Source: Lama glama (lineage: Eukaryota). Taken from it: a DNA stretch of 64,000 nt. The stretch's first letter is position 1. Each line of letters begins with the position of its first letter. The stretch covers positions 26,476,001 to 26,540,000 of the forward strand of contig CM052818.1 of assembly GCA_028534125.1 (NCBI GenBank), written 5' to 3'. This document shows positions 12,329-24,277 of this stretch, piece after piece. The translations under genes were made by a program, and so were the position numbers. The notes beneath the pieces were generated by a model. It was not told where the DNA came from. It worked only from the letters and a program-made list of their open reading frames with translations, and made no database searches.

Positions 12329-13009
12329 CATTCTGCAATCTTTGATGCTGAAGCATTCTTGACTTTTCCAGGTGTCAGGAGAAGATTATAAAGCAAAACC
12401 AATACTCATATTCCTTCCTCAAACTGTCTAAGTCAACTAAATCATAACCTAAATACTCCTTGGGCCCCTAGCTGCTGGTGTTGGGAAAGAATTCTTTTTA
12501 TTTTTTTTAACATTTTGTCCCCAGTTCCACCGTATCAGTGGGCACATGTTCCAGGACAAGAACCCCAGGAAGAGCTTACACATCCTGGCCCTTGATTATT
12601 AGTTCTCATTCCAGATTGTAGTGCTCTAGTGTCTTCACCAATCACATTCTCAGCTTTGTCACACTGCGCCAAACCTCTCCTGTCCATTTCATCCCAACAA
12701 GTGGACAAGTGCCCCACCTTTATTTCCTGCAGCTAAGCTTGACCATAATGTTAAAGGGAAACTATAGTATGTAAGGGAAGAAAAACAGCCTTAGTGTCCA
12801 CAAAATGTCAAAATATATTATAAAACTAGTGGCTTGTTAAGGGAATAGGTGGTGGGTTGTGGAAGAGAATAGGAAGTCCAAAACAAATGTTTATATTATG
12901 AGGAGTTAGAATAATAAAGGTATAGTTCAAATCAGAAGATAATGACCTTGGGATGGCCATTTCAAAAGAAGTTAACTTAGATTTCTCTGTCAAATTGGAC
13001 CCAAAAATA

Positions 13010-14170
13010 AATTTCATATGGAGCTCTAATACTATTACAGTATTAATAGAATGATAATTATTTTAAGTGATTTCCTGATAAAGAAAATTATCTAAATCCC
13101 CGAACAAAACCAAAAGACAAAAGATTGAAATATTTGGTGATTCAAAAATTCAAAATTTCTTTATGGAAAAATATACCATGTGCAAGTTAAAAAAAGAGGC
13201 ATCAGCCTATCTACCTATATCTATATCTTAGATAAAAAATTATATACATAATATGAAAAAGAGTTCTAACAAATCAGTAAGTAAGAAGAAGAAATAGACA
13301 AATAGGTATTCATGAAGGGAGAAATACAAATGGCCAGAAAAGACATGAAAAGAATTTCAATCTCACCAGTAATGAAGGGGAATGTAAACTAAAATAATAA
13401 TGATACATTTTTACTCATCAAGTGGACAAAAAGGTTGATATCATGATGTAGTCTAGGCCAGAGCTTCTCACCCACAGTTGTGCTAGAATGTGTTGAAGGT
13501 GCTAATACAGTTCTCTCTTCGCTCTTAGGGTGACAAGGAGTTGCCTGAGACCCACAGAGCCCCCTGCCAGTTGCATCTCAATGCAGGTGCACCTTCTCTT
13601 TACACCAGGGCGTGGTACAAATATCACATCATATGAATGTCTCCTTGTGATAAAATCCAGATCGGATTGGTCTAGGGTTTGGGGAAACAAGACCTGCTTG
13701 GTGCAGCCCTCCTGAAGGACAATTTAGTAGAGTCTGGCCTTTGTATCAGAACTTTCACTTTGGAAAATCTACACTGCAAAAATATTTACACATGTTCAGA
13801 GAAAAAAATATATAAAAATGTATGCTCATTATAGCATAGTTATTAACTGTGAAATATTAGAAACAGCCTAAATGTCAACTGATAGAGCAATGACTAAATA
13901 AATTACATTACACGAATATCAAGGAATACTATGTAAGAAATGAAAGAAGGAAAAAAGGAAGATGCGTCAAATGAATGTATTTTTATGATATATTATTACA
14001 ATAAATTGTATAACAGTATGTATAACATGATTCCATTTATCTTAAGACAGATATGTACATGGATACATATATATGCACACACTCATGTGTCTGTGTGATG
14101 TGTGCATGTGTGTGCATAAATGTACGGATAAAAGTCTAGAAAGACAGACTCCAAAATCTTAAAAATGTTC
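13010..14170 (+). mobile_element. Old L1 (L1ME-like) ORF2 3' part and 3'UTR
   Basis: A-rich, with aaatacaaatggccagaaaagacatgaaaagaa, agaaacagcctaaatgtcaactgatag and aatgtacggataaaagtctagaaagac. Confidence 0.7.
13459..13669. mobile_element. Probable hAT-Charlie-type MITE nested in L1
   Basis: Interrupts the L1 and begins cagagcttctca. 8-bp hAT-like TSD gtctaggc (13451-13458) / gtctaggg (13670-13677). Confidence 0.5.
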
Positions 14171-14967
14171 ATGTTAAACTTCTGGCCAAAATAACTCAGT
14201 AAGCTACCAAATCTCTCCCCAACAAAAAAAAAACTCATATAGTATTAATAAATATTTTTAATGCACTAAAAAGACATAGCTGTGCTCAAAAACAGGATAA
14301 ACATTCCTGTGGTCCAGAAAAGGAACAGAGGTACACAGAGGTGAAAAGACTCAGACTTACTTGGCTTCCCAACAGGATATCGGAGAGGCTGCCAGGAATT
14401 CAAGTCAGGCAGGGTAACGGGACTGTGGAAAGGGAAAGGAGCCAGGGTCACTGTGTGAAATGGGAGGTGAGAAGGGCTCCCTGGTGGTGAAAAGAGAGCA
14501 AAATAGAGCTGCAACTCTTGCTCTGAACTCCCCCAGCTGATGTCTGGGTGGCAGGAGGAAGCATGGACAGTCAGACCACAGTGCACTGATCTAGGATGCC
14601 CACTGGCTCACAATTAGAAGCTGCAGGAGAATCACAAATCACTAATGGGAGACCTGATTTACAACAGCAGACCCAGGTGGGTCACATGGAGGCTATCACA
14701 TCACCCAACAGGGAAAGGTGAGATGTGGGAAACACACACCCCTCCTATTCAAGATGAACTTGCACACTCAAATTTAGAAAGCAATGTGGCCAGAGATAGT
14801 AACTTTGAAAACGTGATCCAAAAGTTTCACTTCAAGCTATTACACCCCAGAGAAAATTTTGCACATGTTCACAAGGAGATGGAGATAACTATGCTCGCTG
14901 TACATTTGCTTATAAAAATAACAATTGCAAATAACCTAAATTTCCATCAATAGGGAATGGTGGATGG

Positions 14968-15293
14968 ACTGGGAGAATATACTTGCAAACGACGTGACTG
15001 ACAAGTGCCTAACTTTCAGAAGACACAAACAGCTCATATAACTCAATAACAAAAAACAAACAATCCAATCAAAAAAAAAGTAGAAAATCTAACCAAGCAT
15101 TTCTCCAATGAAGATGTACAAATGTCCAATAGGCACATGAAAAACTGTTCAATATCACTAATTATCAGAGAAATGCAAATCAAAATTACAACGAGGTATC
15201 ATCTCACACCAGTCAGAATGACCATCATTAAAAAGTCCACAAATGATAAACGCTGGAAAGGGTGTGGAGAAAAGGGAACCCTCCTACATTGTT
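14968..15293 (+). mobile_element. Younger L1 ORF2 fragment
   Basis: Encodes [26 protein letters not shown], the L1 ORF2 C-terminal cysteine-rich region. Truncated on both sides. Confidence 0.9.
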
Positions 15294-15439
15294 ACTCTGT
15301 AACTCAGGGAAGTCACAGCATCCTTTAGGCTCCCATCTCCGTGTGACACATTCTCTCAGGCATGGCACATACCTTAGGCAGGGGTCTATTTCTTCTAATC
15401 AGAATGATGCAGCACAGTTCATCAATAATCATGGCAATG

Positions 15440-15553
15440 ATATGGTAATAATCCTGTACAGTGTGTATGCTATAAAAATATCAAGTCACTATGTTGTACA
15501 CCTGAAACTAATGAAATATTGCAACTCAACTATACTTAAATTTAAAAAAAAAA
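15440..15553 (+). mobile_element. L1 3' terminus with A-tail
   Basis: tcactatgttgtacacctgaaactaat...tcaactatacttaaatttaaaaaaaaaa. Confidence 0.7.
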
Positions 15554-15587
15554 GAATCACACCATCAGATCAGAAATCTACCTAACC

Positions 15588-15785
15588 AAGTGGTTTTCAA
15601 CTGGGGTGATTTTGCCCCCTAGGGGACATCAGTTTTCCCTGTCACAAAGAGGGGAGTGCACTACTGACATCTAGTATGCAAAGGCCAGGGATGTTGTTAA
15701 ATATCCTACAATGGACATGACAGCCCATGAAATAAGGAATTATCCAGCCCAAAATATCAGTAGTGCTGAGGCTGAGAAACCCTGT
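15588..15785 (+). mobile_element. MER20 (hAT-Charlie) DNA transposon
   Basis: agtggttttcaactggggtgattttgccccctaggggacat...gaattatccagcccaaaatatcagtagtgctgaggctgagaaaccctg. Confidence 0.85.
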
Positions 15786-17429
15786 TCTAAGCTGGACACA
15801 GAAGCAATTAAGGACGAAGCCTCTGGCACCATCTCAAAGGGGACAGGGCACAAACTGTTCCAGATTCTGAAACTCTATTCATGTAAGGGTGGTCTTTATT
15901 TAGCAAACCTACATATATTGAATACTTTTAATTTCACAAACGAGCTCCCTCTTCCAGCATTTATCGTGCTAATTAACAAGTAACTCGCTTCACCAATTAA
16001 CAAAACAAAATTTTTTGACATCCAGTGTGCTAATTAGCTATGCTTAAGCTATAGATAGCGGAAGGCATGGGAGAGACTCAGGAAGTAGCAAATATTTCAA
16101 TTTAGGCAGGATGTCAGGCCCTTGTACAGAAGTCTCAGTATGTAAGGCCAGCAAAGCAGGTTAGAGCAAGAAAAGAGACCTTTAAATGTCCTCTGGGTCA
16201 CTTTTATATAAATTCTCCAAAGAGGTAATGAGCGTGCAGTAAACATTAAGCATGAAGGGCTGCTAACTCTCCCTTTGCTGCTCATTTGGGTGGATTAGAA
16301 ATACCAGCAAAGAATAGGCACACTTTGCCCCACGTTGTCATCCTGACTGGGAGCTGGAAATACCTCACCTACTTTCACAGAGCTGAGTGATTCATTTCCT
16401 AAGTACATAAGAGGTAGTCTGCTCTTCACTTAGACAAATCCTGCCCGAAAGATTTCAGGAAACTGTACATTTCTAAATCACTAAAAATTCTGTACATTCT
16501 CTTATTTCTGAAGAGCTTCTCTACTACTGCTCAAAAGTGGAGGGTAAAAAACCTTAGAAACTTCAACAAACTTTGAGTTTTACATATCCTCCAAAGGAAA
16601 AAGAGTCAAGATATATATTTATTCATTTAGACATGTGTTGGTTGTATCATAGATATATGTGTTAAAAATAATACATTTTAGCTTCTTTTCCTAATCTGAT
16701 TAAAAAAAAGGGACCAAAATTGATTATTAAATAAGTTATTTAATCAGAGTGGGAAAATCAAGATAGAAGCCATGGATGTTTGGGATGGAGAAATTTACCC
16801 AAATATATAGGTTGTCAAAGTTGAAAAAGAAATATGCTCCACGTAAAAGTTGAAGTAATTGATTTATGTTAAATAATCGTAAAAATTATCAGAACTTTCT
16901 AGCACATAAATCTGCTAATCACTTTGTAGATAAGGGTTATAAATCATATACAATAACTTGGTATGTGGGATTTAAATCATTTTGTCACCATGCAAACATA
17001 AATCAGTGGGGGAAAAAAAGCCTTGTACTAAATTAATACTATTCTCTGTAAGAATGAAATATGGTATCAGTTCTTTGTTTAAAAAAAAGAAAAAGAAAAT
17101 GTGTCAAAACCCAGAACACAGAGGTCATAAAAGCATTTTCAAAAGTTATTATTCATAAATACTATGAAAAGATTAATAAGTTACAATCAAATTGATTAGG
17201 CAACTCAAGGAGCTTACTAATGAATAATACACCAAATAATCAAGTACATTTTGTGTGCTTTATAAACAGATGAGGCTACTCTATGGCATTCATTGATGAA
17301 GAAATAAATTCTGATCATTCAACTACAATAATCCCAATGATGGAACAAAATGGATGGCATATAAAAAATGGAGGGAGAGGTTCTCCAGAGAGCATGGATT
17401 TTTTTTTTAAGAAAATTTATTTAATATGT

Positions 17430-17620
17430 AGGTAGTGCTACCTCTTTAGGGCCTTCACAAATACTCGTTCAATCGGCATAATAACTCAATGATATAAATC
17501 ATATTATGATTCCCTTTTTACAAAGGAAGAAACCAAGGTTAAATAATTTGCCTAACGACACAGCAAAAGGCCGCCACAAATCCCCAAGAAGCACTAAGTA
17601 GCTGAGATTTATAAAAAAAT
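17430..17620 (-). mobile_element. MIR fragment
   Basis: cctttttacaaaggaagaaaccaaggttaaataatttgcctaacgacacagc matches the MIR core. Confidence 0.6.
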
Positions 17621-17904
17621 GTTTAAGTCAACTAAGTATGTTTGGAGTAAGGACACAATAGGTCTTGAATCTGCTGGAGAAAATGGTTTACAGATTACAC
17701 AAAAAAATAATTACTTCATTCCAGTGTGGCTTTATCTTTTCTATCTGAAAAGGACAGAACTAACATCTATCATCAGTAGGGAATCAAAGACATACAAGTA
17801 AGGTAAGTTTTAAAGAAAGCACCTAATGCTAAATGAATTTAGGTCTCTAACCCAAATTAACTATATTTCAGCAGATTAAAATAGCATGCATGTATGACTG
17901 TGGT

Positions 17905-18510
17905 AAACTTTGAGAAATCATGAAAAGCAAGGTAGGAAGAATGAAACTGGACAGAAGCAGATTTCCTAATTTTCAAAAATGAGGAAGTTCTGCATATATC
18001 CCTGGCAAAATGTTAGGAGTGATTAGTAAACAGAAGTTTATAAGCACTTGGAAAGGACACAGTAATTGCCAGAAGTCAGCATGAGTTTACTGAGGAAAAG
18101 ACATGGCAAACTAACCTCGTTCTTGTTAGGATCAGGAAAAGGGGGCAGCAAATCTTGTGCATCGATGATTGCTGTCTATGTCTCTGACAAACAGGACTGG
18201 CTCAACAAAGAAAAGTGATGAGTTCAGCAGTATGCCTTACTGAACAGCAAGATTTATCCACCTGCATTCCTGATTAAAAGACCAAGATTTCTGAATTGGG
18301 TCAGACTGCTTGAAAATTTCCTCCCAAACATGCAGGCCTTCAAGTAGCCCAACGTGACACTGTAGCCAACAAAAGAAAAAAAAAATCGAGATTATGTGGG
18401 TGAGTAGGGGGACAAAAGATAGTAGATGGTGTGGTCAGCACAAGTAACTGGCTATAGGCTCCAAATAAATACAGCCCCAGAATTTGTGGATAGGGTAATA
18501 GTCTCTAAAA
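17905..18510 (+). mobile_element. CR1/L3 LINE RT-region remnant
   Basis: ttgagaaatcatg...cctaattttcaaaaa...ccctggcaaaatgttag...agtcagcatgagtttactg...tggcaaactaacctc follows the CR1 ORF2 motif order (PIFKK, PGK, SQHGF, QTNL). Confidence 0.65.
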
Positions 18511-18859
18511 CAAAAGCTAGTACAATCAACTTAAAAATAAGTGATGGCAATCATCTACAGAAGAGCTTCATCTGAATCTGTTTGCCACTGAGTTTCTCAA
18601 AAACCTAAAAAGATTCCCAAACCTGATTAAGAGGCCAAAATGTCTTAAGCATAATCAAGATTTCCTGCTGATATCACTAATGGAAAGAAAGCCGTAATCA
18701 AATTAAATTTATTAACATCTGACTCAGGAAATTATGAGTTAACAGAAGGGTGGTAAGCCACCTGGCATCAAGAAAAAACAGAGCCAAAGAACAAGAATTT
18801 GGCTGGGTTTATCCGACATCATCCAAAATATAGCAATATTACAGTTGGCATCAATGGCA

Positions 18860-19715
18860 TTTTTTGTTAATATTTTGGTGACCCTTCCCCTAATCTTTTT
18901 TGTAAAGCATATTTGTAAGGAATCACATACTTTTATCTTTTTCCCTAGCATTATAATATAAGCATTTCCCCATATTATTAACCACTGCTCATAAATACAA
19001 TCTTAATGGCATCAAAATATTTCTTAATATGGAGATGCCATAATTTACTTAACTATTGCCCTATTTCTTGTTCTTAAAAAATCTTTCATGATTTTCAATA
19101 TTCTGCAAAAATGAAAAATTTTTGTTCTGCGTTGTATTCTTTTCTCAAGATAGATTCTGGAAATAGAACGACAGGGCCAAAGAATATTAACATTTTAAAG
19201 CTCTTGACACATATTCCTAAATTGCTTTCCTCTGCTCTCTCATCAGTATGATTAGTCTGCAAAACAATTAAATCTTTGGTAATTTAGAAGGTGAAATTAC
19301 ACCTCATTTTAATTCACATTCCTTAATAAAACTGAAAATTTTTCCATGTTTGCCACTTGATTTTTCTTTCGTGAATAGTGTTCATGCCTTCTGTCCCATT
19401 AGTTTTGTAATTTTTCTTATGAATTTGAACAAGATCTGTTTGTTAAGAAATTAAGCATTTCTTTGTCATACATATTGCCAATTATTTTTTTAACAGTTTC
19501 CTTTCAATTGTACATTATTTCTCAATGTTTTACATTTTTACATAATCAAAATTTTTCTTTCCCTGTTATTTCTTCTATCGTTTTTAACTCAAAAACCTTC
19601 CTCATACTTAGATTTTAAATATTCTTCTATTTGAATCTAGGTTTCATTATAGTTTTATTAATAACACTTAACTAATTAACATTGGATATAATTTGAAATA
19701 TGATATGAAATGTGG
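18860..19715 (-). mobile_element. Old L1 (L1ME-like) fragment
   Basis: T-rich, with atgccataatttacttaactattgccctatt and cctcattttaattcacattcc. Confidence 0.6.
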
Positions 19716-20220
19716 ATCGATCATTGGGGGAGGAACTCTAAACCTGGAGTTTCTTGCTGAAGACTGAAGGGTTCACACCCAATACCGGGCACCCCAACTC
19801 TGAAGACCTGCAACTCAGCGACTGGCCCCCAAAGCTCCTGGCTTTGAAGACTAGCGGGGCTCACACCCCCCAGACCCAGGAGGCTGAGAGCAACTGAGAA
19901 AGGGCTCTGAACAGGGCTAGCCTGCAGACTCACCCGCTCCATGGCCACAGGCGCAGACCTTTGAAAAGTGCCGGACTTTCTGTGAAAGAAACGCACTTGC
20001 TAATTTGAAAGCGATGGTGTGAAGGGCCTCAGTGGCAGGCACACTCTCTGGGGGCGAAGCTGGTGGGTGCCATCTTCCTGCTCTCCTGCTGGGGTGCTCA
20101 AGCCTGCAGGCGCCGTTTTTGTTTTCTTTTTTTCTTTCTCTCTTTTACGTTTCTGTTTTCTTTTTTTTCTCACAGGGTGCGCTTTTCTCCCCTCTACCGC
20201 ACACAATGTGCTGGTATCTC

Positions 20221-20640
20221 CCAGAACGGAGCCCTTACACGAGTCTGCTGGCCGGGTTTTTACACCTCCTGACGCCCTGTTTGCGGCCGCCGCCCAGGAG
20301 GCGCCCCTTGAACTCCGCTTCCGGTGGCCGGAAGGCGCGGAGTCCTCGCTCCCCCGGGACTGGAACCACCCGAGTAGACAGTTCTCCGCAGCGCCGCTCC
20401 CGCCGCACCTCCTCTAGGGCTCAGCACGAACAGCAATGGAAACACATCTCCATCTCTCTGAGAAGGAGGCCCATTTGCTTGTCCTGGAGCTTCAGTGAGG
20501 GGCAGGCACAGCGCTGGCGCCACAACAGAGGCTGTAGACAGTCCTGCCCTTGGGGAACTAGGTCACCGCCATCTTTGCTCCCCCTCCGCCTCCTCACAGC
20601 GCGCTGCTGTCTCCCATACTCGAGCGTCTGAGCCTGGATT
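20221..20640. promoter_or_regulatory. CpG island with paired ETS sites and a YY1 motif
   Basis: About 30 CpGs in 420 bp by eye. CTTCCGG at 20318-20324, CCGGAAG at 20328-20334, CCGCCATCTT at 20566-20575, NotI site at 20283-20290. Activity is not demonstrated. Confidence 0.55.
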
Positions 20641-20699
20641 TTTAGCCTGCCACACAGGGGACACCTCCACATGGCCAGGTTCTGGTGGCTTTTGCGTGT

Positions 20700-21117
20700 T
20701 GTTGACTGAAAAAAAATGCACAACTGAAAGTTGAGAATTACGTTTTATTCTGTGGACTTGCTGAGGACTGAAGCCCGGGAGGCAGAAGAGGTAAGAGGGG
20801 AGCCAGGATATATAGGAGCTTTTGCAACAACAAAAAAAGGTAGTCGTAACATAAAAAGATTACTCTTAATTAAAAAAAAAAAAAGACATCTCAAGTTAAT
20901 GATTTTAGTGCTTTTCTCTGTATGGGAAGATGCAGGAGTTTGGGCTCATTGAAATCATTCCTTTGATGTGCATCTTAACTATCTAGGGCCAGGATCCTGT
21001 TCTTCCCCATCCTGAGTCCCCTCAGGACTCACCAAGGGGGCGGCTGCAGTGGCTGCTGGCTTGGTGGCCACAGCATCCGTTGTTTGCTAACGTGGCAGGC
21101 AGCATTCTTTGTCCACA
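20700..21117 (-). mobile_element. ERV1-type solo LTR (cetartiodactyl MER41-like)
   Basis: tgttgactgaaaaaaaatgcacaac...ctttgtccaca with TG..CA ends. Minus-strand TATA-like (cctatatatc) and AATAAA (gaataaaac) in the correct order. Splits the L1 5'UTR. Confidence 0.8.
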
Positions 21118-21738
21118 ATGGGTGCCACAGCCCTGTGTATATGTGTGTGCTTTAAAAGCTGTTGCCCGAATCTGGGTGCGGACTCAGATCCTCCCTTTAG
21201 GGACACTGACAGGTCTGGCCACAGCCTTCCAGGCCTCAGAGGCATTAAAAGGAGGTAGGCTGCTGGGACAGTCACAGAGGCTTGAGAGACCACCAAGAGC
21301 TAGGGCAGGGTTGAATAAGGTTCATCTACACGAGCTTTTCCTTTAAGACTGGAAGTGGCTGTTTCACCTAATGCATAGAAAGCAACACAGAGAGTCAAGC
21401 AAAATGAAGAAACAGAGGAGTATGCTCCAAATGAAAGAACAAAATAAAACCTCGAGGTGAGGGTGGGGGAACATTAATGAAACAAACATAGCAGTTTAAT
21501 TTACCTGATAAAAAGTTCAAAACTAATCTGTATTCGCAGATGAGAAGACGGAGGCTGAGTCAAATTAAAATGGAGATTCACTCTCTTCTGTAGCATTGAC
21601 AGTTTTATTCTAAAGATTAAAGGTATGTTTTCAAGACTTTTTAAAAAAGAGAGAAGTAGGGATCTAAGTCTTGTTCCACTTTCTTATATTGCTAATTAGG
21701 TGTGTGCAACTAAAATGTACTGAATAAATCTTCCTTAC

Positions 21739-22393
21739 TGTTACCAAATTAAGTCACATGTACCCTGCTCAGGCCCTTGCCAGGCAGAGGCTCTTTCTGC
21801 CTTGGCCAAGGAGGGTACTTTTTCCATTTGGGTTTAAGCAGGCAAATAACAAAACCGAAGCTGAGATGGATACAGTACAAGCTTTATTCAGTGACCAAAG
21901 AATGGAGAAGCAGGAATTTGTTCATAGATCAACGTCTCATCTATATGGCAATAGGGATTTAATTTTTAAAAGTACAAACAAAGGGAGGAGGAGTGAGGCT
22001 AATGATGGGGAGGCTTATGCCTTAGTCTACTGCGGAGGAGGCAGTGCTTTTTCAAGAGATTGGGGTACTACCATCTTTTTATTCCTTTTTGGTCCTTGGT
22101 GTCTGGTTGCAGCTGTCAGTAGACGTCATTTAATATGCTGTAGTAAAATCAATGTATAATGAGACTCAGGATCTGTTGGAGGTCAGATTTGTTGGCATCT
22201 TAGCCCCAGCTGGTTCCATCTGGTTTTTGTTTGTTTGTTTGTAGCTTCCTTTCTTGTCTCTGGACCCTTTAACTTAAAGATTTACGTTAACTCCTGCTAA
22301 AGGTGCGGGTTGGCAGGTTTTGGGCAAAGACACTTTTGCTAAAGGTGGAGGTTGGAGGTTTTTGAACAAAGACTTGGAGCAGCTCTGGCAATA
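21739..22393 (-). mobile_element. ERV1-type solo LTR
   Basis: tgttacc...ggcaata inverted termini, near-TSD ttac/ctac, minus-strand AATAAA (ctttattc). Internal ~40-bp tandem repeat tgctaaaggtg...caaagac at ~22295-22373. Confidence 0.65.
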
Positions 22394-23084
22394 CTACCTT
22401 TCTTATTTATGGTGCTTCCTTTAAAATATATTAACTTATTTTATACAACAAAGTCTATTTAGGGGCTAGGACTCTTTTCGATCAGTCTATCGATCTATTT
22501 AATATCAGTATTACAGTGTTAATTATTATAGCATTTTAATAAAGTGGAAGTACAGCTATAAACTCTCCACTTACAAAAATTTTGCCTGCTCTCCAATTTG
22601 TTCATTAAGTTATCCTTGAAATAACTTCTTCAGATTCAAAAAAATACTCATGAAATTTTACTTGTAATCCGTTTCATTAGAGTCATCATTGAAACATCAA
22701 TATTCCAGGACTAATATTCAGAAGAAGAACAATAATACTCAGTGCTCTTCCTGAAACCATCAAATAACCATGGTTTTGGTCTTTGTTGGTTTAAAACTTT
22801 TGACAAATTAGTGTTGTAAATGCCTTGATGTTGGTTAAATGGTGCCCTAAAAAACAGACTTAAGTGTTCCTTCTAAAAACATATGTTGCCTATTAAAATA
22901 AATAAACATTCTAGCATCAAAATATTGTCTTTTTAAAAGATAACAAAGGAGAATTGCAAATACTGTGTTTTTAACTGAGAAGGTGAAAATCAGAACCTAG
23001 ATCAGTGTTGATCCCACCAATATTCTGAGTCCTCATAAGTGCTGACTAAAGTGGTTACCTATACTGCGTCAATCTCTTGAGTAA

Positions 23085-23575
23085 AAGAACCAAAAGTTTG
23101 AAAAGGAATATTAAAAGTCAACTCATGATTTACTACTGTTGTTGAAGCCCACTGACAACATCCCTGCCAAGTAGTATTCAAATTATGCTTAAATATTTTC
23201 AATAATAGGGAACTCACTACCTCCTGGGACAGTCAGTTTCAAGTTTAGAAATCTCTGATTTTCAGAAGTTCTTACAAAGAATGACATTAATCTCCCTGTT
23301 ACTTCCCAGGTGCAGAAGTCCTAATCTCTGTGCTACCTGAAAATCCATCATATATTTAAAGATAGTTATCATACAATCCTTGAATCTTTTCCTCTCCAGG
23401 CTAAGCATATTCAGTACTCTCATGAATGGCTCATCAATAAAGATGCCTCTAATCTCCTTATCATCAGTTTATCTGGCAATCCCAAATTGTTTTTCTAATA
23501 TGAAGGGAATAGGGAGTGGGGAGGGGTCTTGATTTTCAATATCTGTCCTTAAAATGCAGAACCAGGACTGACCAC
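23085..23575 (-). mobile_element. CR1/L3 3' region remnant
   Basis: atagggaactcactacctcctgggacagtc, tctccaggctaagcat and cagaaccaggactgaccaca resemble L3 in reverse. Confidence 0.65.
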
Positions 23576-23589
23576 AAGAACCCAATTGA

Positions 23590-24202
23590 AATTACCTAAT
23601 ACATAGAAACAAACACAGGGAATTAAGCAAAATCAGGAGATAGAGGAATATGTTCCAATTGAAAGAACAAGACAAAACCTCTGAAAAAGAACTAAACGAA
23701 ATGGTGGTAAGCAATCTACCAGATAGAGTTCAAAGTAATTGTCATTAACATGTTCATTTAACTCGGGAGGAAAGTGGACAAACATAGTGAGAACTTCAAT
23801 AAAGAGAAAATGTATGAAAATTCCAAACAGAACTTATAGATGAACTGAAAAATACAGAGGGGTTCAAAAGCAGGTTGGATGACGTAGAAGAGTGAATCGG
23901 TGAGCTGGAAGAGAAAGCGATGGAACTCACCCAGACAGAGCAGCAAAATGAAAAAAAGAATTTTAAAAAGTGAAGATAATTTAAAGGTCACTTGGGACAA
24001 CATGAAGCAGAATAACATTCACATTATAAGTGTTCCAGAAGAAGAAAGGGAGAAAGGGCCAGCAAAATTACTTGAAAAGTAGTGGCTGAAAACTTCCCTA
24101 ATCTGGGGAAGGAAATAGGCATTCAGTTCCAGGAAGCCTAGAGAGTTCTGAATAAGATAAAACCAGAGAGACACACACCAAAACACAGTATAATAAAAAT
24201 GG
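23590..24202 (+). mobile_element. L1 ORF1 fragment (L1MA9-like)
   Basis: ORF1 start aatatgttccaattgaaagaacaagacaaaacc. Translation WDNMKQNNIHIISVPEEEREKG and ggctgaaaacttccctaatctggggaagg are ORF1p motifs. Confidence 0.85.
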
Positions 24203-24257
24203 TTGTGCTGTGCACTGGAGAATGACACATTGTAATTGACTGTACTTCAGTTTTTTA
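24203..24257 (+). mobile_element. ~55-bp young L1 3' terminus nested in ORF1
   Basis: tgctgtgcactggagaatgacacattgtaattgactgtacttca. TSD aaaaatgg at 24195-24202 and 24258-24265. Confidence 0.7.
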
Positions 24258-24277
24258 AAAAATGGCAAAAAAGTTAA

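Larger units (their letters stand above)
19722..21523 (+). mobile_element. L1 5'UTR and start of ORF1 (L1MA9/L1M-type), interrupted by an LTR
   Basis: GC-rich 5'UTR motifs (ctggctttgaagactagcggggctcac; cacttgctaatttgaaagc). ORF1 start atgaagaaacagaggagtatgctccaaatgaaagaacaa (MKKQRSMLQMKEQ) near 21404. Confidence 0.7.

Noticed and set aside
20032..20631. Longest ORF (199 aa) and overlapping ORFs on both strands
   Set aside because: Stop-poor frames are expected in a GC-rich L1 5'UTR. They are low-complexity (F/S run, R/P-rich) with no recognisable domain.
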